Part shown: positions 41,083-51,410 of the stretch, in pieces
Position numbering within the stretch: position 1 is the stretch's first letter
How the letters are laid out: the number at the start of each line of letters is the position of its first letter
Source of the DNA: Candidatus Multivoradales bacterium
GTDB taxonomy: Bacteria > Acidobacteriota > Thermoanaerobaculia > Multivoradales > JAHEKO01
Length of the DNA stretch: 64,000 nt
Assembly: GCA_965223155.1 (NCBI GenBank)
Contig: CBDCVR010000013.1
Coordinates: 672,001 to 736,000 of the forward strand
Reading direction: 5' to 3'
Made by a program: the position numbers and the translations under genes
The notes under the pieces: model-generated
The model's database searches: none
The model's input: only the letters and a program-made list of their open reading frames with translations
Told to the model about the DNA's origin: nothing

Positions 41083-43706
41083 CGGGTGAGCTCCACGGTG
41101 CCGCCTGGGGGCCGGTGGGCGCTCCACCCGGTCTCCACGACCACCACGGTGTGGTCTTCAGCGACCAAGCAGGGGCCGGTCACGGCCCGCTCCGAAGACA
41201 GATCGGCGCGCTCGTGGACGGGCACCGAGCGCCAGCGCCGACCGTCGAAGAAAGGGCGCGCTTGGGGCGGGGTTCCCGGGTTGGGATCCGGGCTAGCCGG
41301 GCTGGAATCGTCAGCGATCGAGGCGGCGGGCTCCGAGCCGCCAGCCGGCCGCGCCCCCACGTCTCCAAACACTGCGCGAGCACGCCGCACCAGGCGCGCG
41401 CTCTCGATCTCGACCGCCCCGGGATTCTCGGCATTCGCCGGCAGATACCCAAAGAGGTCCCGGTAGGCGGCCAGGAACCCCCGGAGCAGGTCCTCTTCCG
41501 CCGAATCCTCCCGCCACGTGACGGCCAGGGTGGATTCCTGCCCGGCGAAGCGCAGAAAGAGCTCGGCCGAGGTCTCCGCGGCAGGAGCGGTGGCGTCGGT
41601 CCAATCCACGGTGCCGTTGGCGTGGGCCCCAGGCGCCGCGTCCGCTAGTCCTTCGGCCGCCAGCTCCTTGGCGGCCTCTTGATCGAGCGACCGCCGCAGC
41701 CGCCCCAGATCGGAACCGAAGCCCGCAAGCGGGGCCAGCACCTGACGCTCCACCCGCCGCTCGATCGCGGCGGCCGCCAGCCCGACCGCCGAGAGCAAGG
41801 CGCCATCGGCCGGGACGAGAACGGTCGTGATGCCCAAGAGCTCGGCGATCGCGCAGGCGTGTTGGGCACCAGCGCCGCCGAACGCCACCAGGGCGTAGTC
41901 CTTTGGATCGTAGCCCTCGCGCACCGAGATGCTGCGGATCGCTCCAGCCATGCGCTCGTTGGCGATCGCCAGAAAGCCCGCCAGCCACGCGTCTAGAGGA
42001 GAGGGAGGCCGGACGTCCGAGGGCGGTCCGCTGGACGGCTCGCCGGCGTCCGACTCGAGCGCGGGGTCCGGGGCGGCGTGCCCGGCATCCACGCCCAGCT
42101 CCCGGGCCCGCGCTCGAGCCGCCTCCGGATCGACCCGGAAGGGAAAGCGCTCTGGAACCAGCCGGCCCAGGAGGAGATTGACGTCGGTGATCGTGAGCGG
42201 ACCACCGCGGCCGTAGCAGGCCGGGCCGGGCAGGGCACCGGCGCTTTCCGGCCCCACCTTGAGCTGGGCGCCGTCGTACCAGCAGCGCGAGCCACCGCCC
42301 GCCGCCACGGTCTCGATCGCGACCGAGGGCGACAGCAGCAGGGCATCGCCGACGCGGGTCTCGGAACGAATCGCCAGGGCGCCGTCGTAGCGGCTGACGT
42401 CGGTCGAGGTGCCGCCCATGTCGAAGGAGAGCACCCGGAGCGAGCCGTCTTGCCTCCCAGATTCCCCCGCGATTCGTGACTCGTTCCCGCCTCCCGCCCC
42501 GCGCCCGACTCCGGAGCCACTTGGCGCGGCCTCGCGAGCCACGCGGGCCGCTCCGACGACTCCCGCCGCCGGTCCCGAGAGCAAGCAGTCCTTGGCTCGG
42601 TAGTCACCCGACCGGGTCAGTCCGCCGGCGCTGGTCATGACGTGAAGGCTCCGGGGGGCGAGAGTTCCGGCGACGCCCTCCAGGTAGTCGCGGACGATCG
42701 AGGCCAGGTAGGCGTCCACCACTGCCGTGCGCGCGCGGGGCACGATCTTGATTCGCCGGCTGAGCTCGGAGGACCGAGCCACGTAGGCAAACCCGGCCTG
42801 GCGCAGAACCGCCGCCACCTCACGCTCGGCTGCCGGTTCCCGATAGGCGTGAAGCAGCGCCACCGCCGCCGAGCGCACTCCCGATGCGACCAACTCACGG
42901 GCGGCCTGCATGAGGGCCTCGCGATCCAGGCCATCCAGAGCCCGGCCTTGGGCGTCCAGGCGGCCATCGACCTCGACTGTGGCGACATGGAGCGATTCGG
43001 GCTTGCGAATTTCGAGGGCGAAAAGGTCCGGGCGTTGCTGGGTGCCGATGGTCAGGAGATCGGCGAAGCCCCGGGTGGTGACCAGGGCCGCCGGACTGCC
43101 CTTGCGCTCCAGGAGCGCGTTGGTGCCGCGGGTCGTCGCCAGCCGGACCGCGAGCGGCGGAAACCGGGCGTCCAGCCGAGTGCCGGTCACGAGCCGGACG
43201 GCGACCACGGCCGCTTCCTCCCCGGTCCAGAGCTCGAGCTCGACCGGCTCGCACTCCGACGGCTCGAGGTCGGACCGCGGCCGCTTCGCTCCCAGGCCTG
43301 CCACCGCGAGGGCAGGCTCCCCGTCGCGCCCAGCCGACACGACGAGAGACTCGGCAGCGACCCCGGATCCGGGGACGACGCCGTCAGCGGGAAGCGCCAG
43401 GTGCCAGCCATGAAAGAAGCCGGCCGCGGCCAGCGCGCGGTCGGCCGACCGGAGTGGCTCGAAGACCGGTCCCTGGGCGGTCTCGCCAACAGCTGGACCA
43501 ACTGGCGGACCGCCTGCCGGACTCACTGGCGGCTCGATTGGCGGCTCGATTGGGCGGGCGACGACTCGAACCCGTCCCGACGACAGCACCTTGGCCCGAT
43601 GCCTGCGTCCGCCCGAATCCCAAGCCACGCAGTCCGTGAAGGTGCCGCCGGTATCGACGGCGACCCGCCAGGGACGGTCCCGGTCAGAGGCGCGGGCTCC
43701 GCTCAT
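41079..43706 (-). CDS. Hydantoinase A/5-oxoprolinase N-terminal (ATP-binding) subunit
   Basis: DTGGTFTD, TTRGTNALLE, LLSGPAAG, DMGGTSTD, ETVAAGGGS, GPESAGALPGPACY, FGGAGAQHA. Confidence 0.92.
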   Translation of the reverse strand: MSGARASDRDRPWRVAVDTGGTFTDCVAWDSGGRRHRAKVLSSGRVRVVARPIEPPIEPPVSPAGGPPVGPAVGETAQGPVFEPLRSADRALAAAGFFHGWHLALPADGVVPGSGVAAESLVVSAGRDGEPALAVAGLGAKRPRSDLEPSECEPVELELWTGEEAAVVAVRLVTGTRLDARFPPLAVRLATTRGTNALLERKGSPAALVTTRGFADLLTIGTQQRPDLFALEIRKPESLHVATVEVDGRLDAQGRALDGLDREALMQAARELVASGVRSAAVALLHAYREPAAEREVAAVLRQAGFAYVARSSELSRRIKIVPRARTAVVDAYLASIVRDYLEGVAGTLAPRSLHVMTSAGGLTRSGDYRAKDCLLSGPAAGVVGAARVAREAAPSGSGVGRGAGGGNESRIAGESGRQDGSLRVLSFDMGGTSTDVSRYDGALAIRSETRVGDALLLSPSVAIETVAAGGGSRCWYDGAQLKVGPESAGALPGPACYGRGGPLTITDVNLLLGRLVPERFPFRVDPEAARARARELGVDAGHAAPDPALESDAGEPSSGPPSDVRPPSPLDAWLAGFLAIANERMAGAIRSISVREGYDPKDYALVAFGGAGAQHACAIAELLGITTVLVPADGALLSAVGLAAAAIERRVERQVLAPLAGFGSDLGRLRRSLDQEAAKELAAEGLADAAPGAHANGTVDWTDATAPAAETSAELFLRFAGQESTLAVTWREDSAEEDLLRGFLAAYRDLFGYLPANAENPGAVEIESARLVRRARAVFGDVGARPAGGSEPAASIADDSSPASPDPNPGTPPQARPFFDGRRWRSVPVHERADLSSERAVTGPCLVAEDHTVVVVETGWSAHRPPGGTVELTR

Positions 43707-43821
43707 TGCGCCAGAGTCCCGGCGATTCGCCCGGGGCAGAAACCGGCTCGGGCCCCGGCGCCGATCTGAGAGTGGCGCGCGGCGTTCGGGTCGGCTCTAG
43801 GGAAACGCCCCGTTGCTGCGT

Positions 43822-44391
43822 TCAGGCGCTTGCCGGTCGTCGGCGCGTCGCGCGCCGCATGCGCCGTCCCACCAGCACCAGGAACAGGACAACGAAGCCG
43901 ATCGCCAAGAGGGGCGCGATGATCGAAAGCACCGAGACCATGAGCGAGCCGCCCGTCTCCATCGTGGAGACCAATGGATTGCCCAAGCCTGCCGTGGTCA
44001 CTGTCGAGGCTCCCCGGGTGCCGGTGGTCACGATTTGGACAGCGCCGGCCAGCCCGCCGCCGGCGATCACGGCCAGCGTCCACTTGAGGTAGGGATCCAT
44101 GTTGGTGATGACCGACGCGGACGCCACCACTCCGGCGACAACCGCGGCCGGCGAAGCGATCGTATCGAGCAGGTTGTCGACCCAGGGGATGTAGTAGGCG
44201 GCGATCTCGAGCACCGTGGCGACGATCAACGTGATGAGCACCGGGGTCGAGCCGATCCATTCGAACCGCTCGGCGATGCCCAGGTGCCCGCCGTGGCTGG
44301 CCGCCGAAATGACGAGCAGGGGTACGAAGACACGAAAGCCGCAGGCGGCCGCCAAACCGAGTCCCAACGCGATACTGAGCACGCTTTCCAT
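43822..44391 (-). CDS. DUF4126 family membrane protein
   Basis: GLGLAAACGFRVFVPL, YYIPWVDNLLD, TTAGLGNPLVS. Confidence 0.85.
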   Translation of the reverse strand: MESVLSIALGLGLAAACGFRVFVPLLVISAASHGGHLGIAERFEWIGSTPVLITLIVATVLEIAAYYIPWVDNLLDTIASPAAVVAGVVASASVITNMDPYLKWTLAVIAGGGLAGAVQIVTTGTRGASTVTTAGLGNPLVSTMETGGSLMVSVLSIIAPLLAIGFVVLFLVLVGRRMRRATRRRPASA

Positions 44392-44451
44392 GCGGCAATT
44401 GTACCAGTTGCGCGTCCATGGCCCGCCGGAGCCCGGTTCTGAGCGGTGGGA

Positions 44452-44991
44452 CTACTCGTCCAGGCCGGCGCCTGGTCTCTCGTCGGACCCGTCTAGCCCC
44501 TCATCCGGCCATTCGTCCAGCAGCCGCAACCGTTCGACGTGGCGGCCACCTTCGAAGGGAGTCTCGAGCCAGATCTCGACGATCCGCTCCACCAAGTCCC
44601 AGTCCAGCAGGCGCTGGCCGATCGAGATCATGTTGGCGTCGTTGTGCTCCCGGGCCAGGCGGGCCGTCTCCTCGCTCCAAACCACGGCGCAGCGCACGCC
44701 CTGGATCCGGTTCGCGGCCATGGCCTCGCCGTTGCCGGAGCCGCCCAGGACGATGCCCCGGTCGGCTTCACCAGCGGCCACGGCTTGGGCTGCCGGCCGG
44801 ATGAACCTGGGATAGTCGCAGGACTCGGTGGAGTCGGTACCGAAATCGTCGACCTCGTACCCTTGCTTGCGCAACAGGTCCACGAGCCGCTTCTTGTAGC
44901 GGTACCCGGCGTGGTCCGAAGCGATCGCGAGCTTCACGGCCGGAGCCTCCTTGCCTGACGTCCTGGTCTCGAACTCGTCCATTGCATACAT
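44452..44991 (-). CDS. rpiB: Ribose-5-phosphate isomerase B
   Basis: IASDHAG, DYP, GGSGNGE..ANR, AREHNDAN, FEGGRH; start may be 44982. Confidence 0.93.
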   Translation of the reverse strand: MYAMDEFETRTSGKEAPAVKLAIASDHAGYRYKKRLVDLLRKQGYEVDDFGTDSTESCDYPRFIRPAAQAVAAGEADRGIVLGGSGNGEAMAANRIQGVRCAVVWSEETARLAREHNDANMISIGQRLLDWDLVERIVEIWLETPFEGGRHVERLRLLDEWPDEGLDGSDERPGAGLDE

Positions 44992-45017
44992 CCTGCTCTT
45001 CCATCTCCGAGGTTGGA

Positions 45018-46724
45018 TTAGCGCTTCGAGGAGCCGCGCCCGAGAGTCCTGGACAGGTCTTCGGCCTCCTCCACCCGCTGGAGCTTCGACAGAAGCATAT
45101 ACAACGAGCCGTAGGCACCCACGACCAAGATCGCCCGGAGCGGCAGCCAGAGACCGGCGGCGAGGCGCTCGGTGAGCAACCACAGGCCCAGCGCGAGAGC
45201 GCAGGTCGCAAGCGCGCGGAGGAGGCACGCCGCGGCGAAGCGCACCGGCCAGCGGATCTCGGAGCCACGGCTCCTGAGAACCCGGCGCAGCGAGGTCACC
45301 TCGTAGTAGGCGCCCAGGACCGAGCCGGCCGCCAGACCCAGGCCGCCCAGAAACAGGGTCTCCCCTTTCGGGCCGACCCCGGCGACGAGGTCCCCCACCG
45401 CGAACCGGTCGCACCAGAGCATCGCGGCGCCCCCCACCAAGGCCGAGAGCGCCATCCGTTGCACCGAATACCGTGCCGGCGTGCGCGTGTCGCCCTCGGC
45501 GAAAAAGACGTTCGACAAGAGCTTCGACCAGCTCGAAGGCAGCATCCCGAGTGTGTAGACCGCCAGGATCAGGTACACCAGCCAGTTGTCGGCCAGCTCG
45601 AAGCGGCCGCGGCGGAAGAGGGCCCCGACGATGAGCAGCCCAAAGGCGATGAAGCCGACCTGGGCGGGTACGACGAAGAAGGTGATCTGCCGGAGGGCCT
45701 TGGATGCCCGCGCACCGCCCCGCCCGGCCGAGTCGGCGACTCGCCGTGACAGCTCGGGCAGCTCGGCGGCCGCAATCGAGCCGGCGAAGAGAGCCATCGG
45801 CACCAGATAGATCGTCTGCGCCAGGCCCAGCGCCGCCGGCGCGCCGGCCGCCAGGAGCGACGCCAGCACCATGTCCAGATAGCTCGAGAGCTGAGCGGCG
45901 CCCCGGGCCGCAACCGCCGGCGCGAAGTTGCGTATCGCGGTCCTCACCCCCGGGGCCCCGAGCGCGAAGCTGGGACGGAAACCGCCCAAGAGACGCAGCG
46001 CCAGCGGCAACTGCGCGAGAAACTGCAAGCCTCCGCCCAGAAGTCCTCCAAAAAAACCCGCCACCAGAATGCGGCTCTGGGCGTCGGCGCCGATCCCTTG
46101 CGGCAATCGGGCCGCCGGCAAGTGCTCCCAACCCACGTAGAGGAGCGAGCCGATGATGGCCGTGTTCCACAGTACCGGCGCGACGTACGGCAGAAAGAAG
46201 CGCCGGTGGCTGTTGAGGACGCACAGGGTCCAGGCCGAGAGGGCGAAGAACGCGGTCATCGGAAACAGAATCCGGATCGCGGTCACCGCCAGCTCGAAAC
46301 GGTCCACCGAGAGCTCGTCGGCGGCCACGCGCGCGGCATCGCCCACGAATCCCGGCGTCGTGAGCGTCACCAGCGGGCGGGCGAAGATCATGCCCGCCAG
46401 AGCCACTGTCGCCGCCGCCGCCAGCACCAGGCCGAAGGTGGCACCCGCGAACCGCCGGGCGTCCTCCTTGCGGCCTTCTTCAAGGAAGCGCGAGTAGATC
46501 GGGATGAGCGAGGCCGAGAGGCTCTGCTCGCCCAGCAGCGTCTGGATGATGTTGGGCGCCCGAAACGCGGTCCGGAACACGTCCAGGTGGGCGCCGACGC
46601 CGAAAAAGAACGCCACCGTGACGTCGCGCACGATGCCGAAAACACGGCTGGTCAGAATACCGGCGGCCACGCGGCCGGCGCTGCCGATCCGCGGCTGCCT
46701 TCCGGTCACAGGTTCGGTCATCAA
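45018..46724 (-). CDS. murJ: Lipid II flippase MurJ (MviN)
   Basis: SRVFGIVRD..AFRAPN..LGEQSLSASLIP, LNSHRRFF, LFRRGRF. Confidence 0.92.
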   Translation of the reverse strand: MMTEPVTGRQPRIGSAGRVAAGILTSRVFGIVRDVTVAFFFGVGAHLDVFRTAFRAPNIIQTLLGEQSLSASLIPIYSRFLEEGRKEDARRFAGATFGLVLAAAATVALAGMIFARPLVTLTTPGFVGDAARVAADELSVDRFELAVTAIRILFPMTAFFALSAWTLCVLNSHRRFFLPYVAPVLWNTAIIGSLLYVGWEHLPAARLPQGIGADAQSRILVAGFFGGLLGGGLQFLAQLPLALRLLGGFRPSFALGAPGVRTAIRNFAPAVAARGAAQLSSYLDMVLASLLAAGAPAALGLAQTIYLVPMALFAGSIAAAELPELSRRVADSAGRGGARASKALRQITFFVVPAQVGFIAFGLLIVGALFRRGRFELADNWLVYLILAVYTLGMLPSSWSKLLSNVFFAEGDTRTPARYSVQRMALSALVGGAAMLWCDRFAVGDLVAGVGPKGETLFLGGLGLAAGSVLGAYYEVTSLRRVLRSRGSEIRWPVRFAAACLLRALATCALALGLWLLTERLAAGLWLPLRAILVVGAYGSLYMLLSKLQRVEEAEDLSRTLGRGSSKR

Positions 46725-46830
46725 AGGGCTCCGGGCGGAAGATACGCGAATCCCGGAACCCCGACAACACGGCCCGGTCCTCTCGCGACGGGTTCATGGA
46801 CTCCCGCGGGCGCTGGTAGCATCTTGCCCC

Positions 46831-47340
46831 GTGCCGATCTACGAATTTTTCTGCTCCGACTGCAACACGCTCTACAGCTTTTTCTCCGCGGGAATCGACA
46901 CCCAGCGGCACCCCGACTGCCCCAAGTGCGGCCGGCCGGAGCTGGAGCGGCGGCCCGCCCGGTTCGCCACCCTCAGCCTCTCGCGCAGCGACGACGAGAG
47001 CGGCGACGACCCGTTCGACCAGCTCGACGACGAGGCCATGGAACGGGCCATGATGGACATGGCGGGCGAGCTCGAGGGGCTCGACGACAGCGAGGATCCC
47101 AAGGTCTACGCTCGCGCGCTGCGCAAGATGGCCGACGCCACCGGCCTGGCCATGGGACCCAAGATGGAAGAGCTCTTGGCGCGGCTCGACTCGGGCACCG
47201 ATCTGGAGGAGCTGGAGGAGAGTTTCGGAGACGGCGACGGCGGCGAGGACGAGGACTTCGAGGAGTACTTCCAGCTCAAGAAGAAGGTCGCGCTCCTGAG
47301 CCGGCGTCCCAAGGTCGATGACGAGCTGTATTTTTTCTAG
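46831..47340 (+). CDS. FmdB-family zinc-ribbon protein with acidic C-terminus
   Basis: GTG start, PIYEFFCSDC..CPKCG. Confidence 0.82.
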   Translation: MPIYEFFCSDCNTLYSFFSAGIDTQRHPDCPKCGRPELERRPARFATLSLSRSDDESGDDPFDQLDDEAMERAMMDMAGELEGLDDSEDPKVYARALRKMADATGLAMGPKMEELLARLDSGTDLEELEESFGDGDGGEDEDFEEYFQLKKKVALLSRRPKVDDELYFF

Positions 47341-47370
47341 GGGCCTGCTGAAAACCGGGGGAACTTTTCT

Positions 47371-48144
47371 ATGCTGATCCTGCTGTCACCCGCCAAGACT
47401 CTCGACTTCGAGCCTTCGGAGCGCCGCGTACGGCCCAGCCGGCCCCGGTTCGCCGGCGACACGCGCCTCCTGCTCGAGCGTTGCCGCCGCCTGGACGTCA
47501 AGACGCTGCGCCAGCTCATGAAGCTGAGCGAGCCGCTGGCCGAGCTGAATCACGGCCGCTTCCAGTCGATGGAGCTGCCCCACACCGCCAAGAATTCGAA
47601 GCCGGCCCTGCTGGCGTTTCGGGGCGACGTCTACAGGAAGCTGGACGCCGCCAGCCTCGAGGCCGGCGACGTCGACTGGGCACAGGAGCGGCTGCGCATC
47701 CTGTCGGGCTTCTACGGCATGTTGCGGCCGCTCGACCTCATCCAACCGTACCGCTTGGAGATGGGGACCCGTCTCGACACCGAGCGCGGCGCCAACCTCT
47801 ACGAGTTCTGGGGCGAGCGGCTGGCCCGGCGCTTGAACCGGGACGCGCGCGCCGCCGGAGCCGACTTCATCCTCAACCTGGCTTCGAACGAGTACGTGCG
47901 CGCGGTGCCGGCGGCGGCCCTCGAAGTGCCGATGGTGACCGCGGTCTTCGAGGAGATGCGCGACGGCAAACCCAAGGTGATCGGCTTCTCGGCCAAGCGC
48001 GCCCGTGGCCTGATGGCTCGCTGGGCGATTCGGAACCGGGTCCGGACCCGAGCGCGGCTGAGGAAGTTCGCCGAGGCCGGCTACACCTTCGATCCCGACC
48101 GCTCGGAGCGCGACCGTTTGGTCTTCTTGCGCGGCGGCCGGTGA
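47371..48144 (+). CDS. yaaA: Peroxide stress protein YaaA (UPF0246)
   Basis: LLSPAKTLD, FRGDVY, ILSGFYGMLRPLDLIQPYRLEMG, NLASNEY, AKRARG. Confidence 0.95.
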   Translation: MLILLSPAKTLDFEPSERRVRPSRPRFAGDTRLLLERCRRLDVKTLRQLMKLSEPLAELNHGRFQSMELPHTAKNSKPALLAFRGDVYRKLDAASLEAGDVDWAQERLRILSGFYGMLRPLDLIQPYRLEMGTRLDTERGANLYEFWGERLARRLNRDARAAGADFILNLASNEYVRAVPAAALEVPMVTAVFEEMRDGKPKVIGFSAKRARGLMARWAIRNRVRTRARLRKFAEAGYTFDPDRSERDRLVFLRGGR

Positions 48145-48179
48145 GCGCGTACGCCGGAGCCGGCCGCTCGAGTCCGACA

Positions 48180-49022
48180 ATGGACCCAGACGCCTCCAGG
48201 CGACTGGACGAGCTGGCCGCCGCCTGCTCGGACGCCGCCGGGCCGATCGCCTGCGTCACCGGCGCCGGCGTCAGCGTCGCCAGCGGCATCGCGACGTTCC
48301 GGGGCTCGGATCCCGAGGCGGTCTGGAAGGTCCAGGACGTCGAGCTGGCCACCGTCGACTACTTTCGGCGCGATCCCGTCGGCCAGTGGTCCTGGTACCT
48401 GGAGCGTTTCGCCCGGGTGGACTCGGCGCGGCCCAACGCCGCCCACCGGGCCATCGCCCGGCTCGAGGGCCACTTCCGGCGGCACCGCGGGGACTTCCGC
48501 CTGGTGACTCAGAACATCGACACCCTGCACGAGAGCGCCGGCAGCGCCGACCCGATCAAGATCCACGGCTCGGCCGACCGCGTGCGCTGCGCCACGGCCG
48601 GCTGCGACCACGGCGCCCCGGCGGGCTCGCTCGAACGTGCCAGCGTGGACCTCGGCGCCTTCCGGCGCGACGCCACGCTCGAGAACCTTCCCCGGTGCCA
48701 GGCCTGTGGCGACGTGCTCCGAGCCCACGTCCTGTTCTTCGACGAGTACTATCAGGAGCACGACGACTATCGCTTCGGGGAGGCCATGGACTTAGCGGCG
48801 CGGGCGAGTGCGTTTCTCTTCGTCGGAACCTCGTTCTCGGTCGGGATCACCGACATCTTCCTACGCGCCGCCGCCGAGCGGAGGGCCCCCGCCTTCTCCA
48901 TCGATCCAGGCCTGGTACCGCCGGCCGGAACCCGGGTGCGGCACGTCGCGGAGCCAGCCGAGACCGCCCTGCCCGAGCTCGCCCGGAGGTTGGGCGCCGC
49001 GGGAGACGACGATGCCGGATAG
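48180..49022 (+). CDS. cobB: Sir2-family NAD-dependent protein deacylase
   Basis: TGAGVSVASGIATFRG, PNAAH, TQNIDTLH, IHGS, Zn-binding Cys pairs, VGTS. Confidence 0.88.
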   Translation: MDPDASRRLDELAAACSDAAGPIACVTGAGVSVASGIATFRGSDPEAVWKVQDVELATVDYFRRDPVGQWSWYLERFARVDSARPNAAHRAIARLEGHFRRHRGDFRLVTQNIDTLHESAGSADPIKIHGSADRVRCATAGCDHGAPAGSLERASVDLGAFRRDATLENLPRCQACGDVLRAHVLFFDEYYQEHDDYRFGEAMDLAARASAFLFVGTSFSVGITDIFLRAAAERRAPAFSIDPGLVPPAGTRVRHVAEPAETALPELARRLGAAGDDDAG

Positions 49023-50568
49023 CCTGGAACGGCTGGGTTCCCTCATGGAGGGCGGCTTCGAGCCGAGCTGGATCACCGAGCTCCTCCGCCACTCCTTGCG
49101 CTACGGCTCGCCGCCGCCCGAGCGGCGCGTCTTCGTCAACCGCACGCTGCGGATGCAGACCATCCGGCACGTAGGTTTCGATCTGGACTTCACCCTGGCC
49201 GACTACGAGCGCGAGCCCATCGAACGCACCACCTTCGAGCTCGCCATCGAGCGGCTGATCGACGATCACGGCTACCCGGAGTCCATCCGGCGTGCCGAGC
49301 TGCGGCCTGACTTCCCGCGCCGCGGCCTCTTGATCGACAAGCGCACCGGCACGGTCTTGCGCATGAATCGCCACCGCTACGTGGGGCAGGCCTATCTAGG
49401 GCGCAGGAAGCTCAGCCGCAACGAAATGATCCGGTTGTTTCGCAACGAGCCGCTCAGGCCCTCGAACGAGCGCTTCTACCATGTGGACTCGCTCTTCGAG
49501 CTGCCCGAGACCAACCTCTATGCCGAGCTGATCGAGCTGCGCGAGGGTCGGGACGCCGTCGAGCTGCCAGAGCCGGAACGGCTGTTCGAGGACGTCCGGG
49601 CCGCCGTCGATCAGGTGCACGCGACCGAGTCTCTGCAACGAGCCATCCTGGACGATCCGGGATCGTTTCTGAGCCGCGGCCAGGAGCTGCCGCTCACGCT
49701 GCTCCGTCTGGCGCTCAGCGGACGGCGCCTGATCCTGCTGACCAACGCAGGGTGGAGCTTCGCCGACCGCATCGGCTCCTATCTGTTCGACGAAAGCCTG
49801 CCCGGTCTCGATAGCTGGCGCCGTCTCTTCGACCTGATCGTCGTGCGCTCGGGCAAGCCCGGGTTTTTTCGCAAGGACAAGCCGTTCGTCGAGCTCGACC
49901 CTTCCGGCGAACCCATCGGCGAGGTCCAAGAGCCCGCTTGGGGCGGCATCTACCAGGGTGGCAACCTCGGCAGCCTGATGCGGCTCCTGGACTGCCGCGG
50001 CGAGGAGGTCCTCTACGTCGGCGACCACATCTACGGCGACATCGTGACTTCGAAGCGCAAGTCCAACTGGCGCACCGCTTTGATCGTGCGCGAGCTGGAA
50101 GAGGAGTTCCACCGCCGCGCCGAGCTCTCGCTCGACATCGCCGAGCTGACCCGGTTACAGATGGCGCTGAGCGGCGCCGGCCACCAGATGGACCAGCTCA
50201 GCGACGTTCTCACCCTCTACCGCAAGGCGGTCGAGACCGGAGCCGATTTTCCGACGGAGACCTTCGCTACCATCCGCAGCCTGCTGGAAGGAATGAAGGA
50301 CCGGCACCACGGCCTCCTGCGCCGAGCCAGCCGGCTGGGCGAGGAGGTCGCCGAGAGCTTCAACCCGTACTGGGGTTCGTTCTTCAAGCAGGGCGGCTCG
50401 AAGACCCTTTTCGCGAACCAGCTCGAGGCCTTCGCCTGCATCTATACCTCGCGGGTGGTGAACCTCGGCCTCTACGGCACCAACCATTACTATCGAGTGA
50501 TCCACGATCCGATGATGCACGACTGGGACAGCGGCACCAACGGCGCTTACTCGGGAGACGGACCATGA
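49012..50568 (+). CDS. HAD-IG family 5'-nucleotidase (cN-II-like)
   Basis: VFVNRTL, GFDLDFTLADY, LLTNA, KPGFF, YVGDHIYGDI, YTSRV. Confidence 0.92.
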   Translation: MPDSLERLGSLMEGGFEPSWITELLRHSLRYGSPPPERRVFVNRTLRMQTIRHVGFDLDFTLADYEREPIERTTFELAIERLIDDHGYPESIRRAELRPDFPRRGLLIDKRTGTVLRMNRHRYVGQAYLGRRKLSRNEMIRLFRNEPLRPSNERFYHVDSLFELPETNLYAELIELREGRDAVELPEPERLFEDVRAAVDQVHATESLQRAILDDPGSFLSRGQELPLTLLRLALSGRRLILLTNAGWSFADRIGSYLFDESLPGLDSWRRLFDLIVVRSGKPGFFRKDKPFVELDPSGEPIGEVQEPAWGGIYQGGNLGSLMRLLDCRGEEVLYVGDHIYGDIVTSKRKSNWRTALIVRELEEEFHRRAELSLDIAELTRLQMALSGAGHQMDQLSDVLTLYRKAVETGADFPTETFATIRSLLEGMKDRHHGLLRRASRLGEEVAESFNPYWGSFFKQGGSKTLFANQLEAFACIYTSRVVNLGLYGTNHYYRVIHDPMMHDWDSGTNGAYSGDGP

Positions 50569-51410
50569 GCGACACCACCGCGACCGGCAAGACCCTGGCC
50601 GGCAAGACCCTCTTCATCTCGGGCGCCAGCCGCGGCATTGGCAAGGCCATCGCACTGCGGGCGGCGCGCGACGGCGCCAACGTGGTGGTCGCCGCCAAGA
50701 CCACGGCTCCGCATCCGAAGCTGCCGGGCACGATCCACACCGCGGCCGAGGAGATCGAGGCCGCCGGCGGGCGGGCTCTGGCGGTCAAGACCGACATCCG
50801 CGACGAGGCCCAGGTCGAAGCGGCCATGGCGGCCGGGGTCGAGCGCTTCGGCGGCCTCGACGTCCTGGTCAACAACGCCAGCGCCATCTATCTGGCTGGA
50901 ACGCTGCAGACTCCGATGAAGCGCTACGACCTGATGCACCAGGTCAACGCCCGCGGCACCTTCCTGTGCTCGCAGAAGGCCCTGCCCCATCTGCTCGAGG
51001 CCGAGAACCCCCATATCCTCAATCTCTCGCCGCCGCTGGGCATCAAGGCCAAGTGGTTTCAGAACCACGTCGCCTACACGATGGCCAAGTTCGGCATGAG
51101 CATGTGCGTTTTGGGCATGGCCGCCGAGTTCGCGGGACAAGGGGTCGCGGTCAACGCCCTGTGGCCGCGAACCGTCATCGACACGGCGGCCCTGGCGATG
51201 CTGCCCCAGGACGTCGTCGATCGGAGGCGCTGCCGGATGCCCGCGATCGTGGCCGACGCCGCCCACGCCATCCTCTGCCGGAACAGCCGCGCCACCACCG
51301 GCAACTTTTTCGTGGACGAGGACGTGCTGCGCGAAGAAGGCGTGACCGACTTTTCGGGGTACGCGGTCGATCCCGGCCGAGAGCTCCTGCCCGACTTCTT
51401 TCTGGACTAG
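50565..51410 (+). CDS. SDR oxidoreductase (HSDL2-like)
   Basis: GASRGIG, PHPKLPGTI, NNASAI, YTMAK, NALWPRT, PDFFLD. Confidence 0.9.
   Translation: MSDTTATGKTLAGKTLFISGASRGIGKAIALRAARDGANVVVAAKTTAPHPKLPGTIHTAAEEIEAAGGRALAVKTDIRDEAQVEAAMAAGVERFGGLDVLVNNASAIYLAGTLQTPMKRYDLMHQVNARGTFLCSQKALPHLLEAENPHILNLSPPLGIKAKWFQNHVAYTMAKFGMSMCVLGMAAEFAGQGVAVNALWPRTVIDTAALAMLPQDVVDRRRCRMPAIVADAAHAILCRNSRATTGNFFVDEDVLREEGVTDFSGYAVDPGRELLPDFFLD

Noticed and set aside
44452-46224. 590-aa ORF suggesting an extended RpiB; likewise N-terminal extensions of lysS, the flippase, ridA and the sirtuin in the ORF track
   Set aside because: The extensions overlap neighbouring genes in other frames; family homology starts at the downstream starts used here.
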